A stretch of 64,000 nucleotides of DNA, taken from the NCBI GenBank assembly GCA_965140785.1, contig OZ223510.1, positions 224,001 to 288,000 on the forward strand, read 5' to 3'. The notes beneath the pieces are model-generated. The model ran no database searches. It was not told where the DNA came from and was given only the letters and a program-made list of their open reading frames with translations. Positions 43,159 through 51,849 of the stretch are shown here, in pieces (the stretch's first letter is position 1; every line of letters starts with the position of its first letter). Source of the stretch: an uncultured Ruficoccus sp. GTDB taxonomy: Bacteria > Verrucomicrobiota > Verrucomicrobiia > Opitutales > Cerasicoccaceae. The translations under genes and the position numbers were made by a program.

Positions 43159-43392
43159 ATGAACAACTGGAAAAACAAGCTCCTCGCTGGCGGTGTCGTT
43201 CTCGCCTCCGGCGTTAGCGCTCACGCTCAGACCACCGGCGTCGATTACTCGGCCTTGCAGAGTGCAGTCACCGGGGAAATCCCTGGCGTTCTGACTGCCG
43301 GTCTGGCCATCGGTGCCGCCGCCGTCGGCCTGCTCGCCGCTCCCAAGGGCGTACGCTTCATCAAGAAGATGTGGTCCGCCATCGCTGGCTAA
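43159..43392 (+). CDS. Major coat protein (pVIII-like)
   Basis: Signal peptide ending AHA, amphipathic segment, TM helix and basic C-terminus 'KGVRFIKKMW'; followed by a terminator. Confidence 0.85.
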   Translation: MNNWKNKLLAGGVVLASGVSAHAQTTGVDYSALQSAVTGEIPGVLTAGLAIGAAAVGLLAAPKGVRFIKKMWSAIAG

Positions 43393-43395
43393 ACC

Positions 43396-43437
43396 GGGGA
43401 GGGGGGCGAATCCCGCCTGCCCCCTACCCTTTTTTTT
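43396..43437 (+). terminator. Intrinsic terminator after the major coat gene
   Basis: G-rich/C-rich stem followed by T8; same position as the central terminator of Ff-like phages. Confidence 0.7.
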
Positions 43438-43440
43438 GCC

Positions 43441-43578
43441 ATGACTGACACGCAATTACTGCAAGAAATTCTGACTCAGGCTGAGTTTGCGAACGCTCAG
43501 CTTCGGGTGATGTTTCAGGCCGAAATTGCAGCGGTCATCATCCTTATTTGGTCAATCTTTTGGGCTCAACTTCGATGA
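43441..43578 (+). CDS. Small TM protein (45 aa), probable virion component; not in the ORF track
   Basis: MTDTQLLQEILTQAEFANAQLRVMFQAEIAAVIILIWSIFWAQLR*; ATGA overlap with the next gene. Confidence 0.6.
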   Translation: MTDTQLLQEILTQAEFANAQLRVMFQAEIAAVIILIWSIFWAQLR

Positions 43579-44762
43579 ACAGGCATCTGTATATACTGTT
43601 CATGCTTTACGCGGCTTATGTTCAAGCCGCTGAGCCGGTAGCTTCATGGTCTGGTGTGGTCACTTCAACCACCAGTTATGGAACATACACCATGAATTGC
43701 AGCTTTGATCTTTTCGGTACAGAGGGCGCTTATTACATCGAACCGAATAGCTTCGATGCAGTAAGAGACGACGGTTATGTCGTTCCCGGTGCCCAATTAT
43801 TCTATGAGCAGATTGAGGGCGGCATTAAGTTTTACCGTGGGGGTTCTATATCTTACTCGGTTCACGAATTATTCGCGTCACAAGACCCCGACCCCGATCC
43901 GGACCCTGACCCTGACCCCGGCGAAGAAACGGACGACGGGCTATATATGCATAATGCGGAGTCGGACGAAATCCATAACGGGACCGATGAGCCTCAGACG
44001 TACATTTACAGCATCGTGCATGAGGATGGCACGGTAGAGACCGGGGAAATCACGCTGCAGCCGGGAGAGTCCGCCACGATCAAGGGCGGTAGCCGATTAG
44101 ACCCCTATTCCATGAGCGTATGGAAGAAAAACCCGGACGGAACGCTTACCAAGGTTGGGGACTATGCGTCCTCAAGTGCTGAGCACACCTCCGACACGCA
44201 ACCGGGCTCAAGCACTCCCAGTGTGACGCATTCGGACGGCTCGACCACATCGGCCCTTGAACCTAATAGCAGAGGCCGCACGGATTCATCAGGGGGCAGT
44301 GCGGACACGGCAATTATCGATGATAACTCAGAGGCCCGGCACCAAGAGCAACTAGAGCAGGACCGCAAAATAGCCGAGGCCGAAAAAGCCGAGTTGCAAC
44401 GCATTCGAAAAGCCATCGGTAAAGACGGGGACGGCTCCGGCGTATCTGCCGACGATGACGAATACCCCGAAGGCCCGGACTGGAGCACGTCCAACATTGA
44501 AGCCCTCGATAACGTTGAGGGCATGATTGATAGTGTGATTGGCAAACTGCCCTCCATCGAAGCCCTGCCGGTCGTCAGCGGTCGTAACTATACCTATGAC
44601 ATCAACGGCGGCGATTTCATGGATATGACGTTCAACTTTACGATCGATCTGACGCAGTACATTTCCGCCATCGAGCTAATCAGGACCTTAGAGGAAGCCC
44701 TGATCATCATCATGTTTATCATCGCTGCCATTCGCATGGTGCGGGGAGGTTTTGCCGGATGA
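43575..44762 (+). CDS. Adsorption/minor coat protein (pIII-like)
   Basis: Signal peptide, beta-rich domains, (DP)n and S/T/G linkers, C-terminal TM anchor. Confidence 0.75.
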   Translation: MNRHLYILFMLYAAYVQAAEPVASWSGVVTSTTSYGTYTMNCSFDLFGTEGAYYIEPNSFDAVRDDGYVVPGAQLFYEQIEGGIKFYRGGSISYSVHELFASQDPDPDPDPDPDPGEETDDGLYMHNAESDEIHNGTDEPQTYIYSIVHEDGTVETGEITLQPGESATIKGGSRLDPYSMSVWKKNPDGTLTKVGDYASSSAEHTSDTQPGSSTPSVTHSDGSTTSALEPNSRGRTDSSGGSADTAIIDDNSEARHQEQLEQDRKIAEAEKAELQRIRKAIGKDGDGSGVSADDDEYPEGPDWSTSNIEALDNVEGMIDSVIGKLPSIEALPVVSGRNYTYDINGGDFMDMTFNFTIDLTQYISAIELIRTLEEALIIIMFIIAAIRMVRGGFAG

Positions 44763-45115
44763 GCATTTTGGGCAAGATGGAAGATAGCATCGGCTGGATG
44801 CAGAAGCTTTCCAAGCCGCTCAAGCTGCTGTTTGCCCCTGTCATCGGTTTTCTGACCGTGGCCTATGCCGTGGTAGCCTATGGGATGACGATGCTTTCAC
44901 GCCTGCTTCTTTGGATCGATAGCCGGGTGGCCGATCTGGACCTTTCCGTGGGAGGGCATCACCTCGATTCGGTCGCAACGGATTTTTGGGTAACGATCAA
45001 TACCTTTATCCCGGTGGACCTCGTCTTTGCCCTCGGAACAACACTGCTTGCTCTCCGGGGCGTCATGGCCGTGGTCCGCATTGTCAAGTCGTGGATTCCA
45101 ACCATGTCCGGCTAG
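44759..45115 (+). CDS. Minor coat protein (pVI-like)
   Basis: 118-aa hydrophobic protein ending 'VRIVKSWIP', located between pIII and Zot. Confidence 0.7.
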   Translation: MSILGKMEDSIGWMQKLSKPLKLLFAPVIGFLTVAYAVVAYGMTMLSRLLLWIDSRVADLDLSVGGHHLDSVATDFWVTINTFIPVDLVFALGTTLLALRGVMAVVRIVKSWIPTMSG

Positions 45116-45117
45116 TT

Positions 45118-46305
45118 ATGAAAGACGCCATCTTCAGAGTCTTTGCCGGTACGCTCGGCAGCTACAAGTCTTATCACGGTGTTGTCGAAGCTCTCGAAAC
45201 CTTGGAGCGCGGCGGTATCGTCATGACGAATATCGAGCTTCGTTGGGACCGCATAAAATACTGGTTCGAAGACGAAAAGGATTTGCTCCTGGACGATAAG
45301 CAATACGTCCACATCGACCCGGAGCAGGCTTCATCGTTCGTGAATCTGTTGGTGAAGGGCGAACGCGATAAGCCGAACAAGCTCATTATCGATGAAGCGG
45401 GCCTTCATCACAACACGATGGACAAGCGACAGATGGACCGCGTCGTGTTGGAAATGATCGTCCACGCCCGTAAGCTTTTCATCGATACGGTTTTCATCGC
45501 TCACCACTTTACCGAGATCCTCGCGCAGATCCGCAACAAGGCTCAAAGCGTCATCTGGTTTCGGGATCTGCAAAAGATTAAATGGCTGGGGATCTCTGTG
45601 CCGGTTCCGGCCTACATCTTTTCGGAAGTCGATGCCCGCAACCCGAAGCTGAAGTATGATTCGGCGTTCCGCTGGAAAAAGAAATTCGTCTATAAGCTCT
45701 ATGTCTCCCATGACATTCAGTCGAAGGCGCTTGAGGTCATCCAGACCAAGCCTTTGATCGAGGTTAAGCGCGTCCAGCATGCTGTAACGAAGTCGGATAT
45801 CCTCCGCCGCTCGGCCAAGCGCTGGGTGCGCCGTCTGGTCTTTGGCGGGGCCATGGTCTGGGCCGGGATGCTCTTTGCCGGCCAAGCCGCGCCCGAGCCG
45901 GCCAGCGTGCCGGCGACTGATTCCAGCCAGGTTAAAACGCCTGAGCCGGTCGCCGCGGCAAAACCTGCGCAGACCGTCGAAGATCCCGCGCCCGCGCCTA
46001 AACCGGATCGCTCGATCAAGTCCGTGTCGTTCATGGGCCGCGCTCGGATGCTGGAGCCGACACGCGGGGATCAGGTCGGTTACTGCACCTTTGATTTCGT
46101 CAGCCTGCGCCTGGGCGACGGTCGCGTCATCCGTGAGACGCATCCCGACTTTGGCGGCTTTCGTCGCTCGGACAATACCGCGCTTATCGCGGGCGAGGTG
46201 TACACCTACAAGCAAGAAGATTTCCCGGCTGATCAGCTGGGCCAAACCAACCACAAAAACACAATCCAACTACTCAAAGATAATGAAACAATTAGTAATC
46301 CGTGA
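45118..46305 (+). CDS. Zot/pI morphogenesis ATPase
   Basis: Walker A 'GTLGSYKS', 'TNI', Walker B 'LIIDEA', 'HARK', a TM segment and a periplasmic tail. Confidence 0.88.
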   Translation: MKDAIFRVFAGTLGSYKSYHGVVEALETLERGGIVMTNIELRWDRIKYWFEDEKDLLLDDKQYVHIDPEQASSFVNLLVKGERDKPNKLIIDEAGLHHNTMDKRQMDRVVLEMIVHARKLFIDTVFIAHHFTEILAQIRNKAQSVIWFRDLQKIKWLGISVPVPAYIFSEVDARNPKLKYDSAFRWKKKFVYKLYVSHDIQSKALEVIQTKPLIEVKRVQHAVTKSDILRRSAKRWVRRLVFGGAMVWAGMLFAGQAAPEPASVPATDSSQVKTPEPVAAAKPAQTVEDPAPAPKPDRSIKSVSFMGRARMLEPTRGDQVGYCTFDFVSLRLGDGRVIRETHPDFGGFRRSDNTALIAGEVYTYKQEDFPADQLGQTNHKNTIQLLKDNETISNP

Positions 46306-46615
46306 CGAAAATATCGAGGTCCAGCATACTGAAGAATCCGTTAAGGATGGTAAGCGTTATCCGTCCTCGATCATGATCACCATCGCCGCCAGCGGCTTTG
46401 ATTCGCAGATGTCGTTCTTCTTGGATATGTCGCCGGAAGCTCTCAAGCTGCTTAATATTGAGGAAGTCGGCACCAGGAAGCGCCACAAGGTAAAGGAAGC
46501 TATATTCGTCATCGCTCCGGGCTTCGGCAAAAGCAACTTCTCGAAGATCCGCGCCGAGCACCTTCAGAAGTTCGACGCCAAGCCCTACGTTGAAAATCCA
46601 CTGGCTGCTGCGTAA
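46283..46615 (+). CDS. Phage protein, possible ssDNA-binding (pV-like)
   Basis: 110-aa beta-rich protein near rep; function inferred from size and context only. Confidence 0.45.
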   Translation: MKQLVIRDENIEVQHTEESVKDGKRYPSSIMITIAASGFDSQMSFFLDMSPEALKLLNIEEVGTRKRHKVKEAIFVIAPGFGKSNFSKIRAEHLQKFDAKPYVENPLAAA

Positions 46616-46951
46616 TGCACCTGTACGACGGTAGCGCACTTGGGGAGGTCGGGCCTATGGGTCCGGCCTCTCTGTCTTTCGGTGCCGACGTTGCCCCTTC
46701 CAATAGAGGCCACCAGCCGCAGGCGGGTCTCCCGTCATCCCGGCTTGACCAAGCTTTAGCTTGGTCCCCTGGCCAACTGTTTTATCCCCCACTGAAAAAG
46801 CTGTATCCAGCTTTTGCTCACCCGTGGCGGTCACGCCACGTCAAACCCCTGAAAACGCGCCAGAGGGGCCACAGAACGCCCCATTTGGCCCTTCTCGTAT
46901 CCCACATCAAAGAAAAAGCCCGCCCTGCGGTAACAGGTCGGGCCTTCACAA

Positions 46952-47896
46952 ATGGAAAATCTAGGAGAATTTTCGATGCACAGCCCTGTACATTCATCAC
47001 AGAATGTCAAGTCTCGAACGAAAGAGGGGCGCAACGAATCGCTCGCCAGCGCGGCCCCGCCGCGCGGCAGCGATTCGGCCGCGCCCCTTCCTTGTCTAGA
47101 AACAAACAACTCAACCGAAAGCTACAGGCCGACCGCCCAAAAAGCCTCTAAATTCATCGTCAATGAGGCGGCCTTAGAGCTCATTCAATCCGAAGGTATA
47201 GAGACAATCCTGTTTACGACGTTGACCTTCCCCCGCCCTGTCACCCTCAAGGAGGCACAGAAGGCATGGAATAGTGCTGCTACCCATGCTTTACGCCCTG
47301 CCATCCCTAAAGCTCTGCGCATCCTGGAGCCTCACAAGACAAAGCAACCGCATTACCACCTCTTGGAGGCCACCGGGAAGGATGTACGCCGGGGGTTCGA
47401 CTTCGAGGCTTACCAGCGGGCAAGGTCCGTTCATTGGGCCAGCGCTGAGGGGCGCAAGGCTACCCGCGAGTATGGGGCCAGTGCCAACGATGACTTGCGC
47501 GAGTCCTGGGCATTTCACCGGCGTTTGGTGCGGTTCGGCTTTGGCCGGTCGGAGGCCGTCCCTATCTACAAAGTCGGGGAAGCCGCTGCCGACTATGCCT
47601 CTAAGTACGTGGCCAAGGAAGATCGACCCGTCGAATACAAGGGCGCTCGGCTGTTCTCGGCTATGAACTGGAAGCCGTCCACCCGGAGAGGCTTTGGGTT
47701 CGTGGACTCGGGCCGGGCTTGGCGGCTGGCGGTCGCACGGATCGCGGAGGACATGGGCTTTACCTCTGAGGCCGACTTTCGCCGGGAGTTCGGCCCCAAC
47801 TGGGCTTGGGGCCTGCGCGGAACCATCTTCAGCATTGCCGAAGAAATCAAAGCCCAATATCGCAAACGGCCCTTAGATGATGCAAAAGGAGTTTGA
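46952..47896 (+). CDS. Rolling-circle replication initiator (HUH endonuclease)
   Basis: Motif 1 'FTTLTF', motif 2 'PHYHLL', motif 3 'YASKY'; start may be 46976. Confidence 0.88.
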   Translation: MENLGEFSMHSPVHSSQNVKSRTKEGRNESLASAAPPRGSDSAAPLPCLETNNSTESYRPTAQKASKFIVNEAALELIQSEGIETILFTTLTFPRPVTLKEAQKAWNSAATHALRPAIPKALRILEPHKTKQPHYHLLEATGKDVRRGFDFEAYQRARSVHWASAEGRKATREYGASANDDLRESWAFHRRLVRFGFGRSEAVPIYKVGEAAADYASKYVAKEDRPVEYKGARLFSAMNWKPSTRRGFGFVDSGRAWRLAVARIAEDMGFTSEADFRREFGPNWAWGLRGTIFSIAEEIKAQYRKRPLDDAKGV

Positions 47897-48149
47897 TTTT
47901 GCCCGCGAATACACCCACGGCCTGCGCCCGGTCGTGTGGGGAGTTCGAAAGCGCCTAAAGGTCGATGAGGTTTACAAGATCGTCCCGGATCACTTGGCCG
48001 ATCTCCCGGCGATCTACGTTGCCTCCCGTGTCCAGGCACGATCAATGGCCCGGTTTTACTCGGCCCTACCGGGAAAGGGGTTCGTGCTTGTCTTTAAGGG
48101 ACGGAAAGTAATTCGAGAACGCAGGCCCAAGGCTATTCCATGGGACTAA
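47877..48149 (+). CDS. Phage hypothetical protein
   Basis: Overlaps the rep stop; basic, 90 aa. Confidence 0.5.
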   Translation: MMQKEFDFAREYTHGLRPVVWGVRKRLKVDEVYKIVPDHLADLPAIYVASRVQARSMARFYSALPGKGFVLVFKGRKVIRERRPKAIPWD

Positions 48150-48249
48150 GTATTGCTTGCTTGCATGTGCACATTCTACGCAATGATGCATAAGTCGTTT
48201 TGTTACTGCGTTTCCTTATTTACATGGTGAATAATAGCCTTAGACTGGC

Positions 48250-48762
48250 ATGAATAACATGAATCGTGTAGCAAAACATCTAGAAATGCACTCGATAGGA
48301 TTGAAGGATGCCGTTGATATTGATTTATTTGGGAGGAGTGCATTCAATAGGTTTTATTATTCTGCTTACTGGACTGTTCGGGATAGCTTGTCGCCGATAC
48401 GACCAAGCATCTCTAAGCAGCCACATAAAAACATGCCCATTTATTTAAAAAACTCCTTCAAGAATTATCTTTTAAAGAAATGTACAGTACTAGAATCTAA
48501 AAAAATAATAAAACCATCTGAATCTAAAAGAATTCAGTCGATAATTCGAAGTCAATTAATGTCGATATCTAGTTCACTTGAAAACGCCTATTACGTTAGA
48601 TGTATTGCAGATTATTACCTTGAAGAAAAAGCCATACTTATTGGAAATAAAATCAGGCTAGGAGGCATGTCCTCTTCAGACGTGTCATCTATTGACACCA
48701 AAGTTAAGTCAGCAACTGATACTTTAGTAAAAACATGTCATGAAAATGGACTTTATCAATAA
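48250..48762 (+). CDS. HEPN-domain protein (retron effector candidate)
   Basis: 'RSAFNRFYYSAY' and 'R..ADY' motifs of HEPN (UPF0332-like) proteins; AT-rich cargo. Confidence 0.75.
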   Translation: MNNMNRVAKHLEMHSIGLKDAVDIDLFGRSAFNRFYYSAYWTVRDSLSPIRPSISKQPHKNMPIYLKNSFKNYLLKKCTVLESKKIIKPSESKRIQSIIRSQLMSISSSLENAYYVRCIADYYLEEKAILIGNKIRLGGMSSSDVSSIDTKVKSATDTLVKTCHENGLYQ

Positions 48763-49477
48763 ACTAGATGATTTCCTTAAGGACTATGCGAATGGGTCAT
48801 ATGATCTAATTGACGTAATAGACTCTCCCGATGGATACATAATTACTATTTCTACGAAACTAAAAGGGAGATCGGATCGATCAAAAAGACTTGTAGTAAC
48901 AAGGCTTTTGGACGAATTTAAAGATGCGTCTAAGGTTATAGTAAGGGAATCTGAAGTTGAATCTAATTTAGAAAAATTACTATTCATACCCATAAAATCT
49001 AGCATTGGGGTCGACCCAATTGGGTTAAACTTTGAAATTGAGAAAAATAAAGCCAAGATTGAATTAACAGTAAAAAATACAGGCTCAGGAAATAATGAAG
49101 ACATTGAGATTAAAATTAAAGATTTAATCCATGGCGTGCTATCGCCAATAGGAATAAGCATTTCAAGCCTGTCAGTTATAGTCAAAAGCGGATCTAAAAT
49201 CCCGAATCCATTGATAATCAAAAGTATTATTGTTTTGGCTCCCGTTGACTTTGAGTCTCTCTATGACTGCATAAATGAGAGATATGGAAGCGAGTATGAG
49301 TTCAACCATAAGGTGCTTAGGCGTATAATAGACGACCTAAGAAAGGAAAAGCTTGTGGTATGGTCGCCAAATGGATATCTTGCCTCTCCTAGGGCCATAG
49401 ACGCGTTGTCTGGCAGTAAGAGTCGTAATTCTCTGGACATTCAAAGAGCGTTAAATATGAAATTTCAGCAATGGTAA
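48740..49477 (+). CDS. Retron-associated protein with a C-terminal winged-HTH
   Basis: 'LRRIIDDLRKEKLVVW..NGY' wHTH-like segment; overlaps the HEPN gene and precedes the ncRNA and RT. Confidence 0.65.
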   Translation: MKMDFINKLDDFLKDYANGSYDLIDVIDSPDGYIITISTKLKGRSDRSKRLVVTRLLDEFKDASKVIVRESEVESNLEKLLFIPIKSSIGVDPIGLNFEIEKNKAKIELTVKNTGSGNNEDIEIKIKDLIHGVLSPIGISISSLSVIVKSGSKIPNPLIIKSIIVLAPVDFESLYDCINERYGSEYEFNHKVLRRIIDDLRKEKLVVWSPNGYLASPRAIDALSGSKSRNSLDIQRALNMKFQQW

Positions 49478-49483
49478 ATTTCA

Positions 49484-49671
49484 CCAGGATAGGTGGTGTC
49501 GATGTCACTGCGAAAGGGTGCATCACCCTTGTTTGCAGAGGTCTGGCACAGAAGGTCCGGCATCTTACTGGATGCCGCCTCCTTCGTAGCCGGCATCCAG
49601 TAAGATGCCGACGCTCAACGGAAGTATCATATAGCTTCGCTAAATGACAATGCATGCACCACCTATCCTGG
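49484..49671 (+). ncRNA. Retron msr-msd RNA
   Basis: 15-bp perfect a1/a2 inverted repeat (CCAGGATAGGTGGTG 49484-49498 / CACCACCTATCCTGG 49657-49671); msr stem-loops (AAGGGTG-CAT-CACCCTT); msd 20-bp perfect hairpin 49558-49610. Confidence 0.85.
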
Positions 49672-50639
49672 GTATTTTTGGAAATGACCTAAAACGACTC
49701 GAAGCAAATTTCGAGTTTATTAGGACAAACGAGTTTGATCAATTAAAGCGACTATATGGAAAGGGACTTCCTCCAGTTGTCTCTGCGCATTCTGTAGCCT
49801 TAATTTTCGGATATTCGCCTCAATTCGTTGGGTTAATGATGAAGCGTCCAAATCGCTTTTATAGAACATTTCAGATTCCAAAAGGTAAAAACAAAGTTAG
49901 AAAAATAGAAGCTCCGCGTGTATCTTTAAAAATAATTCAAAAATGGATCGGACATCATATTGCTCGCCAAATTAAACTTCCAAGCCATGTGTGCGGTTTC
50001 GTACCAGGAAAAAGCATAATAGATGGCGCAATGGCTCATTGTGGATGTGAGTGGTTATTTCAAACGGATATAAGCAATTTCTTCCAGAGTACACGGTTCT
50101 ATGCTGTTACTAATGCTCTCAGAACAATAGGTTATTGCGAGCGTGGTTCAGTGACATTAGCTAGGCTCTGCTGCTTAAATGACAACTTAGCGCAAGGAGC
50201 TCCAAGCAGTCCTGCCCTATCTAATCTTGTTTTCAGAAAAATAGACAGCGAGTTAATCCAATTTTGCTCAATGCACAATTATACATACACAAGGTATGCG
50301 GATGATATCGCGGTCTCAGGAAGTGGAAAATATCCATCTGAGGTTAAAAGATCGATCGAGAATATTATTGATTCCCATGACTACAAAATCGCTACTCTGA
50401 AAAGTAAGGTCTCTATCGCACCAGCGAGAAGGAAAGTATATGGCTTACTTGTAAATGGTAAGGTACCACGCCTTACAAAAGGATACCGTAACAGAATCCG
50501 GGCCTTGAAACATTTATCAGAGCATGGACGCATCAAAGAGGACGATTATTCAACAATTATGGGGCATATATCGTATGCAGAGAGTGTCGAAGCTAGGATT
50601 GCCGACATCTTATCGAAGCAAAATGAGTCGGATCGGTAA
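49644..50639 (+). CDS. Retron reverse transcriptase
   Basis: 'YRTFQIPK', 'R.IEAP..LKIIQ', 'GFVPG', region X 'GAMAH', 'DISNFF', 'QGAPSSP', 'YADD', region Y 'VYGL'. Confidence 0.93.
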   Translation: MTMHAPPILGIFGNDLKRLEANFEFIRTNEFDQLKRLYGKGLPPVVSAHSVALIFGYSPQFVGLMMKRPNRFYRTFQIPKGKNKVRKIEAPRVSLKIIQKWIGHHIARQIKLPSHVCGFVPGKSIIDGAMAHCGCEWLFQTDISNFFQSTRFYAVTNALRTIGYCERGSVTLARLCCLNDNLAQGAPSSPALSNLVFRKIDSELIQFCSMHNYTYTRYADDIAVSGSGKYPSEVKRSIENIIDSHDYKIATLKSKVSIAPARRKVYGLLVNGKVPRLTKGYRNRIRALKHLSEHGRIKEDDYSTIMGHISYAESVEARIADILSKQNESDR

Positions 50640-50700
50640 AACGATTGACGCATTTTCGATTTATCTCGACATTTAATGATAAGAAATTCTAATAATTCAA

Positions 50701-50798
50701 GCCGTGGACATTTGTAAATCTTGCGGGTAGAATATAGGGCTTCGCACGTGCTGCGTATCCATTTCTGGATATTGGAAAAGCTGTTTATTGTGCGTATT
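50701..50798 (+). repeat. dif-half-site repeat, copy 1 (right end of the prophage)
   Basis: CGTGGACATT..TAGAATATAGGG..TCGCACGTGCTG-hairpin-TGTTTA-TTGTGCG. Confidence 0.8.
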
Positions 50799-50834
50799 CG
50801 TATGTCTTTATGTTGACATAGCTAACGCCAATCA

Positions 50835-51308
50835 GTGACTTGGGCCTACCATCTCATGAAGCCTAATATCCCTACTCTAGCAAAGGTTATACTCTGGTTG
50901 TCATTGTTAGCTGGTGGCTGGAACGCGATCATTGGCGGTGTTTTTTTATCTTCCCCACCTCAGCAGAATTCATTGCTGGATGTCGATGGGATGAAAAACG
51001 TTTTGATCCTCTCCAGCCTCCTTGGGCTATACTTCCTGATCGTATCTATTTCAGCACTCCAGAGAAAGGAAGCAGGACGAAAGGGCTACCTCGTCGGACT
51101 GGTCCTGATGATTTTAGGCACCCTTGCTTGGTATGGCTATAATGTGGCAAGTGCACCTAAGCCGCTTATTATTATTATTGTAGGTGCGGTTGGAATGGTC
51201 ATCCCGATTGGATTGCTGGTGATCCTCTACAGGTATTTCAGCTCACAAACTGTCCGCGAAGCTTACCAGGCAGAGCCAACTACCTGCACACAGGATTACA
51301 AAAACTAA
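50835..51308 (+). CDS. Four-TM membrane protein (cassette A); start may be the ATG at 50856
   Basis: Four hydrophobic segments; the stop codon lies within repeat copy 2. Confidence 0.7.
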   Translation: MTWAYHLMKPNIPTLAKVILWLSLLAGGWNAIIGGVFLSSPPQQNSLLDVDGMKNVLILSSLLGLYFLIVSISALQRKEAGRKGYLVGLVLMILGTLAWYGYNVASAPKPLIIIIVGAVGMVIPIGLLVILYRYFSSQTVREAYQAEPTTCTQDYKN

Positions 51309-51414
51309 TGCCGTGAGGCGTGGACATTCGTGGGACTGGCGAGTAGAATATAGGGTCTCGTACGTGCTGGATCGGGATTTTTGAATCTTAGCGATCCTGT
51401 TTATTGTGCGGTTG
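51291..51414 (+). repeat. dif-half-site repeat, copy 2
   Basis: CAGGATTACAAAAACTAATGCCGTGAGGCGTGGACATT..TAGAATATAGGGTCTCGTACGTGCTG..GCGATCC-TGTTTA-TTGTGCG. Confidence 0.85.
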
Positions 51415-51478
51415 TTGGGTTTGTATAATTAAGCAACCTTGACGATTCGTACATTTCTGAGCATTCCCAATATACCTT

Positions 51479-51814
51479 ATGGCCATCAATAAATCGGATA
51501 TCCATCAGCAGGCAAAACTCGCATTGGCTGCAATCAAAGCAGCGTATAACGCTGAAGATGATGATTCCGATGTGACATTATACGTCGCGCATCATCTGGC
51601 AGAGGTCGATGCTTCCTACTGGAATAATAGATTCCAAACCAATCAGCCAGCCCCCTCGCAGATACTTGACGCGCTGATTCTTTGTTCAGACATTGAAGAG
51701 ATAGACAACCTTGATAGCCTGGACTTTACTCTGCCGGGCCGTGTGACCGACTATCTGCTTTGCGTTACGTTCAATGAAGACGGAGAAGTCGAGGACATCG
51801 CCATGGAAAGCTGA
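51479..51814 (+). CDS. Acidic DUF2004-like protein (cassette B)
   Basis: 'YVAHH', 'DFTL...TDYLLCVTFNEDGEVEDIAMES'; the terminal 'MES' is recalled as typical of DUF2004. Confidence 0.65.
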   Translation: MAINKSDIHQQAKLALAAIKAAYNAEDDDSDVTLYVAHHLAEVDASYWNNRFQTNQPAPSQILDALILCSDIEEIDNLDSLDFTLPGRVTDYLLCVTFNEDGEVEDIAMES

Positions 51815-51849
51815 TTTTGGCCTCGAAACGATCCGCAACTATCACTACG

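Larger units (their letters stand above)
41281..50787. mobile_element. Filamentous (inovirus-like) prophage integrated at dif, without its own integrase, carrying a retron
   Basis: Coat, pIII, pVI, Zot and HUH-Rep gene set; bounded by the direct repeat TGTTTATTGTGCG (41275-41287 and 50782-50794). Confidence 0.88.

Noticed and set aside
45118..46305. Zot Walker A 'GSYKS' as an inactivating mutation
   Set aside because: A GSYK(S/T) variant occurs in Zot-family proteins, so it is not evidence of decay.
49644..50639. RT as a group II intron, DGR or CRISPR-associated RT
   Set aside because: It is short (331 aa) with no maturase or endonuclease domain, no TR/VR pair and no cas1. It has retron X/Y-like regions and an a1/a2-bounded ncRNA.
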